From Mobula hypostoma (taxonomy: Eukaryota), in NCBI RefSeq assembly GCF_963921235.1, contig NC_086108.1, forward strand, positions 44,952,001-45,016,000: a DNA stretch of 64,000 nt, given 5' to 3'. This document shows, one piece after another, positions 1 through 12,379 of the stretch. The notes below the pieces were generated by a model. That model was not told the origin of the DNA, did no database searches, and saw nothing but the letters and a program-made list of their open reading frames with translations. The position numbers were made by a program, and so were the translations under genes. Position 1 is the first letter of the stretch, and each line of letters opens with the position of its first letter.

Positions 1-139
1 AAGAGCATTCTGTTATATGCATCTTTGCAGTCCAGACATTCCAGAAGGCCCAAAGAAATGGCATCTGCTGTAGACATTTTGTGAAGGTAGGCAAATTGGA
101 GCAGATCCAAGTCACTTCTCAGGTAGGAACTGGCAAGTT

Positions 140-325
140 TCATCAAAGTACTTCATCACAGTGGATATAAGTGCTATTGGACGATAGTCAATCAGGGAGG
201 TTACCACTTTATTCTTAAGCACCAGTATTATTGAAGCCTGTTTGAAGCAGGTGGGTATCTCAGACTACTGAAGTGAGAGGTTAAAGTCATCGGTGAACAT
301 TGCAGCCAGTTGATCAACGCAGGTC
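140..325 (-). mobile_element. Rex1/Babar-type LINE RT fragment (decayed)
   Basis: Minus translation reads PTCFKQASIILVLKNKVVTSLIDYRPIALISTVMKYF, similar to the PSCFKTSTIVPVPKK...NNWRPVALTS segment of ORF 48369..48995. Confidence 0.75.
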
Positions 326-594
326 AAAGTTAAACTGTTGGATCAATGAATCCCTGTACATTATTTACCTTCCTTGTGAAATATAGTTGTATATTAACCC
401 AAAGGCCCTACACCAATTCTGGATGAATTATTAAATTACAGTGTAATTGTACCTGTTTTTAGCTCTTCGGGAGGTCCCTTCAAAATTCAAAATAACGATA
501 ACTCAGAATTTTATAGCCTTTGATTAGTTGATTTAAGGTCGCTATCTTGTAATTTTAAAGACTGTAATATGATTTTTAACCTCACTGTCCAGCC

Positions 595-722
595 TGATTC
601 ATTTTTCTGAGAGCTCCATGTACCTATCTAAGAGTCTCTTAAAAGACCCTATTGTATCCCCCTCTACCACCGTCGCTGGCAGTGCATTCCACTCACTCTC
701 CACTCTCTGTGTGAAAAAGTGA
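595..722 (-). mobile_element. CR1 LINE 3' fragment
   Basis: ORF 599..859 ends FFTQRVESEWNALPATVVEGDTIGSFKRLLDRYM, the conserved CR1 ORF2 C-terminus. Confidence 0.8.
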
Positions 723-795
723 GAAGAGCATATCTGAATGCAATACTTCGAACCGTGAAGTGGAAGGGCTACGGCAGCAGAAGACCATGAACATA

Positions 796-851
796 CACTC
801 AGTGGCCACTTTATCATGTACAGGAGGTACCCAATAAGGTTCCACTGAGTG
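796..851. mobile_element. Very small Tc1/mariner-type MITE (TIRs only)
   Basis: CACTCAGTGGCCACTTTATCATGTAC ... GTACCCAATAAGGTTCCACTGAGTG are imperfect inverted repeats; TA on the left flank (794-795), CA on the right. Confidence 0.65.
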
Positions 852-1317
852 CATATCACAAGCTTGCTGTTGATGTTAAAATAAACTTAATTGAGTGTTT
901 GAGGAGTTAGCCCTCACTCCAGTGGACAGAGTGAGTGAGGCTAACCAACTCCAGGTTCTGCTGCAAGTTTTACATCAGGCCATACCATCGAGTTTCAACT
1001 TTAAGTATAAGGCCACATTCAGGAAATAGCCTGGCATTGTTTAGGCTTCGGCTGCATTACGATGTTCCTGCTACAAACAGCACTTCTGCTCGACTTGGAT
1101 CTCTGTGATTCCTGTAACCCTGAGAGAATTTCACTTCTATATACTTCAGTGATACAGAGTTGTATCACATTATAAAGTGCATGTAAAACTGACTCAACAT
1201 TTACTTAGTTCTCTGCTCTATCATTGATTCTATATTTTTTGATTGCTCGGTATATAACCAAAATGACCGTCCATAAAAGATTTGTCATGTCATTTCTGAA
1301 ATCCTTAACTCAAAATT

Positions 1318-2920
1318 TTCTAGATCCATTGCAGTTTCCTGCAAAGCCAACAGATCTGTAGATGTTGCAGTTCACATCGGTCTGGACTTCATACTACAGC
1401 ACCTCTACTCCCCTGGTACATATGACTGGAATCTCTTTGTTGATTTTAGTTCAGCCTTCAGAACCATCAAACTTAATGTACTGGGTCCAATCTGCAGATG
1501 GATGACAAACTTCCTTTCTGACAGGAGGCAGTATATGAGACTAACAAGCACACCCCCACATTCTGTGTAATCATCCTTGATGAGCTACGGGGGCGGGGGG
1601 GGGGGGAGGTTGTTCTCTCCCCTCTACACCAATGACTGTCTCTCCAGTTAAACTGAAAATATTTGCAGACAACATCACTGTCATTGGACTAATCACCAGA
1701 GGCGATGAACCCAAGTACCACCAGGAAGTGAACAAGCTAGTGTTCCAGTGCAATCACGACAACCAAGAGCCAAATGCTCCCAAAACTATGGAGACGTATA
1801 TCAACTTCAGGAGAACTGTGTCTCCTTACCACCCACTCATCATCTACATCTCTACAGTTAGCATTATTTCAACACTTAGGTTCTCGTTCATCGTTATTTT
1901 TTGTGGGAGAACCATATATCCTTCAATAACAAAAAGGCTCAGCAGAGGATGTACTTCTTGAAGGGGTTGGTACAATTCGATGGTCCTCAGAATATACGGG
2001 AGAAATTCGAGAGAGCATCCTCACATCAGCCATTACTGTCTGGTTTAGTGCAGCATCCTCTCACAGTATAGGAAACTACAGCAAATTGTCAGCTCAGCAG
2101 AAAAGGCCATTAGCCGTAGTTCACCATCACGCCAGGAATTGTATGTGTCCAGAACAAAGAAGTGGGCAGGAGAAATCGTTGAGGACACTCCCCACCCCGC
2201 AAACTGCCTTTTCCAAAAGCCCTTTTCTGGAAAGCACTTTTGGGTTATTGAAACAAAAACTTCACCCCATTTTAAAAGTTTATTTCCCCAGGCAATTAAT
2301 CTGATCAACCATTCTAATTTGCCCTCACCTCCCACCACCCTTTATCTATGACCTCGATCACTGTACAGTACTTCTATAATGCTGTTTACCTTGTAAAGAA
2401 AGATTGAAACAATTAAATCTTTTTGGCCTAAGTAGACATAGAATGAGAGGAGACATGATAGAAGTGTTCAAAATCATTGAGGGTGTAATAAAGTGGTTGC
2501 CAGCTGCTACTTCAAAATTAATTCATCATCAAGCACACTGAATCATAGGTGGAAACTGGTTAAGGGGAGATTTCAGACTAACATCAGGAAGCATTTCTTT
2601 ACACAGCGAGTTGTGGACACATGGAACAAACTATCTAGTTGAGAGTAGTATCTTAGAGACTTTCAAATCTAAACTTGATAGTTATTTCAATACACTGTGT
2701 GAACAGGAATTTGGCAAGCTTTATCGGTCCGAATGGCCTGTTCTTGTCAAAACCCTTCTAATGTTCTCATGGTACATTTAGTATTTATGGATATTTTATT
2801 CTATATGTGTACTCTAATCTCTAACTTTATTTTTATACAGTTCTTTATCCTTTATAATTATTGAATGTTGTTTTCGTTGCATGTCATGCCAACACACCAC
2901 AGCAAATTCCCAATACACTT
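1318..2920 (+). mobile_element. Rex1/Babar-type LINE, 5'-truncated and decayed, with a CR1 fragment nested in its 3' UTR
   Basis: LDPLQF at about 1321, DFSSAF at about 1442, LKIFADNITVIGLI (ORF 1632..1961), DTPHPANCLF...SLFPQAINLIN (ORF 2139..2351); UTR-like sequence resumes after about 2770. Confidence 0.8.
2395..2770 (+). mobile_element. CR1 LINE 3' fragment nested in Rex1-type element
   Basis: RMRGDMIEVFKII and RKHFFTQRVVDTWNKL, followed by the CR1-like 3' UTR GGTCCGAATGGCCTGTTCT. Confidence 0.75.
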
Positions 2921-3699
2921 AAATGCACAGTACGTGGTGAATACAGTTGATACTTGATATGTACAAGATAGAGGTGAAACCTTTCAGCAAATTTACTGTA
3001 ATACTGCATTTATCCCTTAAGGGGGTGCTCTGGTTTTTAGGATCGCATTTCCTAGGGAAAAGTTGGTGACGGTACTTCAGGATGTCACCATAAAGAAATG
3101 TTGGCCCTGCTCCAATGTAATTACATTCATTCAGTGTGCTAACATTATTTAATCCAGTTTGGCCGGTGCACATGTGTAACAATAAACATCAATTAAAAGT
3201 TAGAAGATTTATGGATGTTTTTGGGAAACTATCCAATAAATACATAGAAAGTGAAATGCAATAGTTCATAAAAAATTTGGATTAACTGTATACTTACAAA
3301 ACTTGATTTAGCAACATTTTACTGAATGCATAACGAACAATGCAAAATTAAAATTCAACAAAAATGGAACTCTGAAGTTAGGCTACAAAATACATAGTGT
3401 ATTTTGCAGGAAAAATGACATTGGATGTCAAGGCTCAAAGTCAGTGCTGCATAACGAAACCACAAATCAATTCTAGTGGTGTAACACACAAAGCCAACTA
3501 GTCCTTGCTCGCCTAGCTTACACTCTCATTGTATAACTCACGAATCAGCTAAAAACTACTTCCCTTCAATTTTATGTGATATGTTAGTCTATGAACCATT
3601 GCGAAGTGCTCATTCAAAAAGTAAACAATGAATACAAACTAGGTTCATTCATCCAGGTGTGGGATAGACCTGGTAACTGGATTAAAATGATTTTGATTT

Positions 3700-3905
3700 T
3701 TATTGCTGCCTCACAGCTCCACTGACTTGGGTTCAATTCTGGTCAACGATGTTGTCTATGGAAGCTTGCATAGTTCTCTTTCTAAATGTAGCACTTTCCT
3801 CTGGCTGTTCTAGTTTTATCCCTAATGCACAGATTATGGGTGAAAATGTGCATTTGCCAGTCAGTGGGGCTGAAGGGCCTGTTTCTAAGCTGTATTTCTG
3901 ACTCT
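3700..3905 (+). mobile_element. tRNA-derived SINE (decayed)
   Basis: TGCCTCACAGCTCC...GGGTTCAATTC (B-box) head and LINE-like tail GGGCTGAAGGGCCTGTTTCT. Confidence 0.6.
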
Positions 3906-4924
3906 GAAATAGAGTTGGGGAGAGCAGGGTTGTATTCATTTAACCCAATACACCACATGGAGAGCACTGATGGAATTATGACTGGCGTTATCATCACCTG
4001 TTATTTCTCTTTTGACCTCAATAAGGTGTGAATTTGGATGGGGTATAAAACAAGCATTTCATTCCATCGCAAACAAGAAAATGCTAGATGCATGGGAGGG
4101 AGGGATGGAAGGTATTTCAAGTCTTCCATCAGAATTCGAAGAGTGAGATATCAAGTTTGTTTAAAGTTGAAGAAAGGAAGAGAAGTGAAAGAACCAAGGG
4201 AATGTCTGTCATAGGAAGGAAACTATGTTTTTCAAGGTAGTATTATGTTTTGCTCTACGGGAGAGCAAAGAGCATGAGGTAGAGTTGTTAAAACTCTGAA
4301 CTCTCAAACTTAAAGTTGTAAGGTCATGGTCAAGGTTTTATCTTAAAAACCAATGGCGTATATTACTGCAGGGGTGATGCATTATTGTGAGATTTGTCTT
4401 TCAGATCTGATTAATGGCGATGCTGTATGTAATGTGCTAGATGTAAAAGATTCAAAGCCACGATTTCTTGAAAAATAGGGGAATTATCTCTGACGCCATG
4501 AATAATATTTATCTTTTAACTATTGCCACTTAAAGCATCAGTTTATGGACAATCAACATATGTTTAGAAGCTATCTTATGTATTTATATTATTGTGATTT
4601 TTTAAAATCATTGCGTTCTTTATCTTAATGAGGTTTTTTTTGCGCTGCATCAGATCCAGAGTAACAATTAGTTCGTTCTCCTTTACTCTTGCGTACTGGA
4701 AATGACATTAAACAATCTTGAATCTAACGGAAGATTGATACATGCAAATGCTACTGTGTTTCTATGTTACATCCTAAGCATAATTCAGAAGTAAATCATT
4801 GGTTATGAAGTTTTTTATGGCATTATAACATATGCTTTATAAATACAAGGCTTTCACACAGAACTGCTAAATAACTTACAACATCTGAAGTGATTTTTTG
4901 CCTCTTCATTTTCTTATTTCCTTA

Positions 4925-5230
4925 CAATGCAGAAGGAAGCTTTTTGAGCCATCCAGTCTATTCAGGCTCAGAAAGCAAATCCTTCAATCCCAGCCCACCA
5001 CTTATATCCCTGTAACCTCCCGTGTGCCCGTTATCTCCCTGTGTTATCCTACATTAGAGGAAATCTACGGTGAGATATTATCTATCATTAGCACATCTTT
5101 GAGATGAGGGCCGAAACTGGAAAAATCAAAATCGTCACAGGCAAAATGTGCCAAGTCCATACCAGAGGTCAGGACTGAAGCTGGTTTGCCAAAGCAATCA
5201 AGGAGCAACACTAAATGCTGCTACCTGTTT
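4925..5230 (-). mobile_element. tRNA-derived SINE (decayed)
   Basis: Resembles the reverse complement of the SINE body and tail seen at 3700, 37680 and 42905. Confidence 0.45.
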
Positions 5231-5739
5231 CTAGGGTGGATCCAACCAAGGCTAAAAGACCACAGCCACTGTAGTGAGAGGAACCCTCAAATATTGAAGT
5301 TGGGTATTAATACAACTCCCACCACCAAATCCTGATATGAAACAAATATTTGTAGACATTACTTGTCTCTTGACTAACTGGGAAGTCGATGAAAAATTAG
5401 TTTCAACCCTTTGTATCAAACCAGTAATTGCCATCTTGGAACTTATATAATCAATTACTTGCCTTGGGAAGACGACCAGTGACCCCATTTGGTAGAGCTT
5501 TTTACTGAGTTTACAGTTTCACAAGAAATTGCTCTAGTCCTTTAAAGCAGTAAAGTCTCATACCAGAACTTGTTTATTTTGAAAATTGTAAGCAAATTTA
5601 TTAAAAAAGTACAAACAAAAATTAAAAAGTAACTACATAAAAACAAACACCTTTCTATCTACTTTAATGTTACTTTAAGAAGTGTAAATTTGTGTACATT
5701 GGCTTTAAATCAGTGTCTCCTTTGGCTTGAATTTCTTCT

Positions 5740-7350
5740 GTATCTAATTCAGCATATAACTTGCAGCACCAGGGGTCCCAAAACACTTGACCACTGCTAT
5801 ACTATGGTACAGAATGTCAACCATTCCATGCCCAGACCACGTTTCGGGAAATCTGATCACTTGGCTGTCCTTCTCCTACCTGCATACAGGCAGAGGCCAA
5901 AGAGCCAGGCTCCAGAGATGAGGACAAGAAAGAGGTGGTTGCAGGAGGCAGAGGGGTGCCTATGGACTGCTTCGAGGTGGTGGACTGGGCCGTGTTCAAG
6001 GACTCGTCAGAGGATCTGAATGAAAACACCATGATTGTCAGAGTCTTTATAAAAACAGTCCTAGTCAAATGTGTTCCCACGAAATCATTCAGTGTTCCCC
6101 AACCAGAAGCCAGTTTGCCTACCATCACAACAGACCAACAGTAGATGCCACTTTCTTGGCTCTTTACTCAATCCTGGAATATCTGGACAGCAAAGGTGCA
6201 TACATCAGTGTGCTCTTCATTGACTGCAGCTTGGCACTCTATATTACCATCCCCTCAAAACTAATCAATATCATTCAAGACCTTGGCTTCAATACCTTCT
6301 TGTGCAATTGGATCCTCGATTTCCTCACTTGCAGACAGTGGTCAGTTCAGATTGGCAACAACTTCACCACAACCTTCACCAGCATTGGTGCACCTCAAGG
6401 CTGTGTGCTTAGCCCCCTGCTCAACTCACTTTAGACTTATGACCGTGAGTTTAAGTGCATATTTAAGTTTGCTGATGACACCACTGTTGTTAGCCGAATC
6501 AAAGGTGAAGACGAATCAGCATACGGGAGAGAGATTGACATCAGGAAGAGGAAACCAGCAGCGCATGAGCCAATCCTCACTGGGGGATCAGAGGTGGAGA
6601 GGGTCAGCAGCTTTAAATTCCTCAGCGTTATCTTTTCACAGGATCTATCCTGGGCCCGCATGTAAGTATAATTGCGAAGAAAGCATGGCAGCACCTCTAC
6701 TTCCTGAGAAATTTGCAAAGATTCAGCATGACATCCAAAACTTTGTCAAGCTTCTATCGATGGATGGTAGAGAATATATTGACTGGTTGCATCACAGTCT
6801 GGTATGGAAACACCAATGCCCTTGAACGGAAAGTCCTACCAAAAGCAGTGGATATGGCCCAGCACACTGTGGGTAAAGCCCACCACACCATAGAGCATAT
6901 CTACATGCGGCACTGTCATAGGTAAGCAGCATTCATCATCCTGGACCCCCACCTCCCAGGCTATGCTTTCTTCCCTCTGCTTCATTCGGAAGGTGGTACG
7001 GGAGCCTCAGGACACACACCACCAGGTTCAGGAACGGTTATTACCCCTCAACCATCAGGCTCTTGAACTAGTGGAGATACCTTCACTCAGCCTCACTTGG
7101 CCCATCGCTGAACGGTTCCCACAACCTATGGATTCACTTTCAAGGATTCTTCATCTCACGTTCTCGATATTTATTGCTTATTTATTTATTTTCTTTTGTA
7201 TTTGCAGTTTGTTGTCTTTTGCACATTGGTCGCTTGTTCATCCTGTTGGGTGTGGTCTTTCACTAATTCTATTATGCTTCTTGTATTTAACGAGTATGCC
7301 TGCAAAAAAACCCAAACCTCAGTGTTGAATATGGTGATATATATGTACTT
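5740..7350 (+). mobile_element. Rex1/Babar-type LINE with an internal deletion and frameshifts
   Basis: APE endonuclease end (TLDHCY...FGKSDHLAV), then joined at about 6110 to RT (QFAYHHNRP, GAPQGCVLSPLL, KFADD at about 6465), ENILTGCITVWYGN and an AT-rich 3' UTR whose last bases continue at about 8040. Confidence 0.85.
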
Positions 7351-7352
7351 TT

Positions 7353-8038
7353 TAGATTAGATTAGATTATGAGGACACGCAGTCCTCTTTCATTGTCATT
7401 TAGTAATGCATGGATTGAGAAATGATACAATGTTTCTCCAGAATATCACAGAAACACAAGACAAACCGACTGAAAAACTGACAAAAACCACATAATTATA
7501 ATATAGTTACAACAGTGCAAAGCAATACTGTAATTTGATGAAGAACAGACCATGGGCACGGTAAAAAGTCTCAAAGTTTCTTGAAAGTCCCATCATCTCA
7601 CGCAGACAGTAAAGGAAGAGAAAAAAAAAAACTCTTCCTGCCATGAGCTCCAAGTGCCGCAAACTTGCCGATGCAGCACTCTGGAATAACCCAACCACAG
7701 TCCGACTCTTGAGTCCGTCCGAAAATTCCAAGCCTCCGACCAGCCCTCCGACACTGAGCACCAGGCACCGTCTCTGCCGAGCGCTTCGACCCCGGCCCTG
7801 GCAACAAGCAATAGGCAAAGCCGAGGATTTGGGGCCTTCCCTTCTGGAGATTCTCGATCGCACAGTAGCAGCGGCAGCGAAGCGGGCATTTCAGAAGTTT
7901 CTCCAGATGTTCCTCCGTGCTTCTCACGGCTGTCTCCATCAAATCAGGATTGTGCACGGTCCCTAGTTAACACATACGATATCATTCGGAACGGCTGCGC
8001 GTTCTGCGTCGCTCCTCCATCTTCTCCTCCCTCCTCCT
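7353..8038 (-). mobile_element. Young non-autonomous retroelement (about 690 bp) inserted in the Rex1-type 3' tail
   Basis: CpG-rich. The minus strand begins GGAGGAGGGAGGAGAAGATGG and ends with (TAATC)n; flanked by TACTT on both sides; no long coding remnant. Confidence 0.7.
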
Positions 8039-8095
8039 TACTTGATAATTAATTTACACTTTGAGAATTGAAATTTCTTTTTTACTCTCTAGAAT

Positions 8096-9745
8096 TTAGA
8101 CCACAAGACCACAACACATAGTAGCAGAATTAGGCCACTCGGCCCATCGAGTCTGCTCGCTACTTATACTAAAATGCATAACCATGTATTTCCCTACAGT
8201 ATATTCCATCTGCCACTTCTTTGTCCATTCTTCTAATCTGTCCACATTCTTCTGTACATTCCCTGCTTCCTCAGTGCCAGCTGCCTGTCCACCTTCTTCA
8301 ATACTACCTGCCTCTCCACCTACGTTTGTATCATCTGCAAACCTGACCACCCCATCATTCAAATCATTGACATATAACGTGAAAAAAAGTGGCCGCAATA
8401 CCAACCCCTGCAGAAAGCTACTAGTCACTAGCAGTCAATCAGAATAGGCTCCCTTTATACTGAACCTTTGCCTCCTGCCAGTCAGCCAATCTTCTGTCAA
8501 TGCTCCTTTCTTTCCTGTAATACCACGGGATCTTATCTTGTTAAGCTGCATCATGTGCAGCACCTTGTCAAAGACCTTCTGAAAATCCAAGTAAACAACA
8601 TCCACTGACACTCCTTTGTCTATCCTGCCTGTTATTTCCTCAAAAAATGCTAATATATTTGTCAGGCAAGATTCCCCTTAAAGAAACCACACTGACTTCA
8701 GCCTATTTTATCATGCGCCTCCAAGTACACTGAAACCTCAACCTTGATAATGGACTCCAATGTCTTCCCGACCACTGAAGTCAGGCTAACTGGTCTATAA
8801 TTTCCTTTCTTCTGTCTCCTTCCCTTCTTAAAGAGTGGAGTGATATTTGCAATTTTCCAGTCCTCAGGAACCATTCCAGAATCAAGTAATTCTTGAAAGA
8901 TCATTACTAATGCCTTCACAATCCCTTCACCCACCTCATTCAGAACCCTAGGGTGAACACCATCTGGTTCAGGTGACTTATCTACATTCAGACCTTTCAG
9001 CTTCCCAAACACCTTCTCCTCAGTAATAATAACTGCCCCCTGGCATCTGGTATACTGCTAGAGTCTTCCACAGTGTAGAGTGAAGCAAGATACTTATTAA
9101 GTATTTTGTCCCCCATTACTACCTCTCAAGCATAATTTTCCAGCAGTCCAAAATCCAAAATCTCTTTTATTCTTATATATATCTTAAAATTCTTTTGTTA
9201 ACTTCTTTGATATTAATGGTTAGCTTACCTTCGTATTCCATCTTTTCTCTCCTTATGGTATTTTAGTTGCCTTCTGTTGGTTTTTAACTTCCTACTAATT
9301 TTTGCTATATCATATGCCCTCTCTTTTACTTTTATACTGTCTTTGACTTCCCTTGTCAGCCATAGTTGCCTCATCCTACCTTTAGAATACTTCTTCATCT
9401 TTGGGATGAATCTATACTGCAGTTTCCAAATTGCTACCAGAAACTCCAGCCATTGCTGTTCTGTCATCCCTGCTAGTGTCCCCTTCCAATCAGCTTTGGC
9501 CAGCTCCTCTCTCATGCCTCTATAATTCCCTTTACTCTACTGTAATACTGACTTATCTTCTCCCACTCAATCTGCAGGGTGAATTCTATCATATCATGAT
9601 CACTCTCCTAGGGGGTTCCTTTACTTTAAGCTCCCAAATTAAATTTGGTTCATCACACAACACCTAATCCAGAATTGCCTTTCCCCTAGTGGACTCCAAC
9701 AAAAGTTTCTTTAAAAAGCCATCTTGTAGGCCTTCTACAAATTTC
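8096..9745 (-). mobile_element. CR1 LINE ORF2 fragment with 3' end and internal deletions
   Basis: KSPEPDGVHPRVL, WKIANITPLFKKG...NYRPVSLTS (ORF 8698..9012), QGLVLRPLFF...RFADD (ORF 8096..8428); 8-bp tail repeat GACCACAA at 8099-8114. Confidence 0.9.
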
Positions 9746-10679
9746 ATGCAGAACAACTATTTTCAAGCCAATTTCCCCAATTATGTAGATCTTACTGACT
9801 GGAAAAGTATGATGCTCTGTTATGTTCTGGAGGTGGCTTTCTACATTTTGAATACTTCATCACTCTGATTTAAAATCTGCCTGTTGTGTAAAAACTGAAC
9901 CCCCTATCACCACTCAATTCAAATCCTCTCTGCCAGTGAGGGTCAAATTAACCAGGATATACTGCCTCATTCTTGCTCCTTCAGTTGGAACCTAGAAACA
10001 GGTGGTCCTCATTACTAACCCAAGAAAACTGAAGCCTGATCATGCCAAGAAGATAATTTGGCAAAGTGAGTTATTAGGGTGTGCATGATGCACATTTTGC
10101 CTACATATGCTGAATACCTTAACCTGGGCTCTTTAAAGGGACTGCTCAGGATAATTTAAAAAGAGGTTGTAAATGATTTTTCAAGGTGGTGGAAAAACGT
10201 CTCTGCAATTGGTCCTTCATTGTGATTGTTTTCCTCCCATAAAGGGCATTTTAATCTGAGCCAACTGGTCTCCACAGATAAATTCAGAGCATAAGGAATA
10301 TGAACAAGAGCAAGCCAATGGGCCCCTCATATATGCTCTTCCATCCAACAAGATTACAGACAATTTTAACCCAGCACCACTGTCCTTGGCCAGCACTATA
10401 TACCTTGATTCCCTTAATATCCACCAATCCATGAAATTTCCAATTTTCTGGACCTTGCTGATAGCCAGCTATGAAAATGTGAGTCTCTTGCTGATGGTAC
10501 AATAATCATAAAATCCAGTGATGTAACTGGAAAACAGAATAATAGATCCAAGTAAGCTTAGAAAAGGGAGCTAAAATGCAGTTAATTTTTAACCTGCTGG
10601 AAAAACTTGAATGGACTCAGAGGAATGGCTGAGAACAACCATTTCTAAGTGTGCACACATCCTTAAAAATGAGATAAAA

Positions 10680-11130
10680 GTTCCTAAGTTTATCAGAATA
10701 AAGCATACCAATATGTTCTCCCTATGTATCATGCACAGATCTGTTCCTGTTTGTCACAGATACTGGAAACAATTTTGCTTTACATTATATGAATAGGAAA
10801 CTTGCTCTTCCTGTACATTATATGAACAGGAAACACTTCGTTCTGTTTGCTCATCCGGCACATCACATATAGAGGAAATTCTTTCTTGCACATCATAAAT
10901 AAGCAAAACTTTTGATATTCCTTTAAGTCATACATCTAGCAATTTTTTTTCTTTCCGAACATTATATGCACAGAAGAACATTGTTTTCAGAAGTGCAGTA
11001 CATGTATAAAAATGTTGCCTTTCCTATGCATCAGCCATATATTCAGCCTTATAGTATGTACTTCCTGTACATTACACCAAGGATGTCATGACCTTCCTAT
11101 GTATAAAACATCTGAAGATGTTCTGCATAT
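10680..11130. repeat. Degenerate tandem array of roughly 30-35 bp units, best unit TTCCTGTACATTATATGAACAGGAAA
   Basis: TACATTATATGAATAGGAAAC (10781-10801) and TACATTATATGAACAGGAAAC (10814-10834) are 33 bp apart; variants recur near 10860, 10890, 10958, 11021, 11062 and 11094. Confidence 0.6.
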
Positions 11131-11272
11131 ATGGAGTGGCCATAGTTGGGAGTGGGCCAATGGTGGGAGTGTGAGTGTCAGGCTTTGGCTCGGAAGGGGC
11201 ATTGGCTCTGGGTAAGTCTCTTTTAAGTTTCCCCTTTTTCTTACTGTGTCAGGGGTACTTAGTGTAGTTTAA

Positions 11273-12204
11273 GTGGCCATTATGTGTTCTTCATGCCAGA
11301 TGTTGGAGTCCTGGGAGCTGCAGTGTCTCCTGGGGAACTACATCTGCGTGAAGTGTAACCAGCTGCAGCTCCATGAAGACCGTGTTAGGGATCTGAAGCA
11401 GCAGCTGTATGACCTTTGGCTTGTACGGGAGAGTGATGAGATCATCGATTGGAGCTACAGGGAAGTATTCACCCTTAATTTGTAGGAGGCGGGTAGCTGG
11501 GTGACTGTCAAGAGAAAGAATGGGAAGTTGAATAGGCAGTGAGCACAGAGCAACCCTGTGGCCATTCCTCTCAATAATAAGCATACCGTTTTGGATCCTG
11601 TTGTGGAGGATGACCTCCCAGGGGAATGCCAGAGACCAGGTTACTAGCACTGAGCATGGGTCCATGGTGCAGAAGGGAAAAAGGGAGAAGAGGGGAGAGG
11701 TAGTGATAGGGGACTCAACAGTCAGAGAAACAGACAGGGGATTCTGTGGATGTGAATGGGACACCCAGATGGTATGTTGCCTCCCAGGTGCCAGGGTGTC
11801 TGGGATGTCTCAGATCATGTCCACAGTATCTGGAGAGGGAGGGAGAGCAGCCAGATGCCTTGGTACATTTTGGTACCAATGACATAGGAAGGAAAAGCAA
11901 AGAGGACCTGAAGAGAGAATTTAGAGAGCTAGGCAGAAAACTGAGAAGCAGGACCTCCAGGGTGGTAATTTCTGGATTGTTGCCTGTGCCACGCACCAGT
12001 GAGAGTAGAAACAGGATGATTTGGCAGGTAAATGCATGGCTGAGAAGCTGGTGCAGGGAGCGGGGCTTCAGATTCTTGAATCACTGGGATCTCTTCTGGG
12101 GGAGATATGACCTGTTCAAAAGTTATGGTTTGCTCCTGAACCTGAGGGGGATCAATATTCTCGCGGTCAGGTTTGTTAGAGCTGTTGGGGAGGGTTTAAA
12201 CTAA
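11273..12204 (+). pseudogene. CR1 ORF1 remnant: zinc finger/leucine zipper plus SGNH esterase domain
   Basis: CSSC...CVKC followed by a leucine heptad; VVIGDSTVR, CCLPGA, VHFGTNDIG and VVISGLLP blocks of the SGNH fold are split over several frames. Confidence 0.9.
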
Positions 12205-12379
12205 TTTGGCAGGGGGATAGGAACCAGATTGAAAGGACAAAGGATAGGATGGATGGTAAAAAAGCAAAGACAGCATGCAGTCAGACTGTCAGGAAGGACA
12301 GACAGATGATAGGACAAAATTGCAGCCAACAGGGTGAGTATCAGCACATTATGGATGCAGAATCAAAAAGGGTAGTAAG

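Noticed and set aside
7507..7966. Overlapping ORFs of about 100-120 aa on both strands
   Set aside because: Expected from the GC-rich repeat; no recognisable domain.
10680..11130. Palindromic repeat array considered as CRISPR-like
   Set aside because: Units are highly divergent with irregular short spacing, there are no cas genes, and the context is vertebrate.
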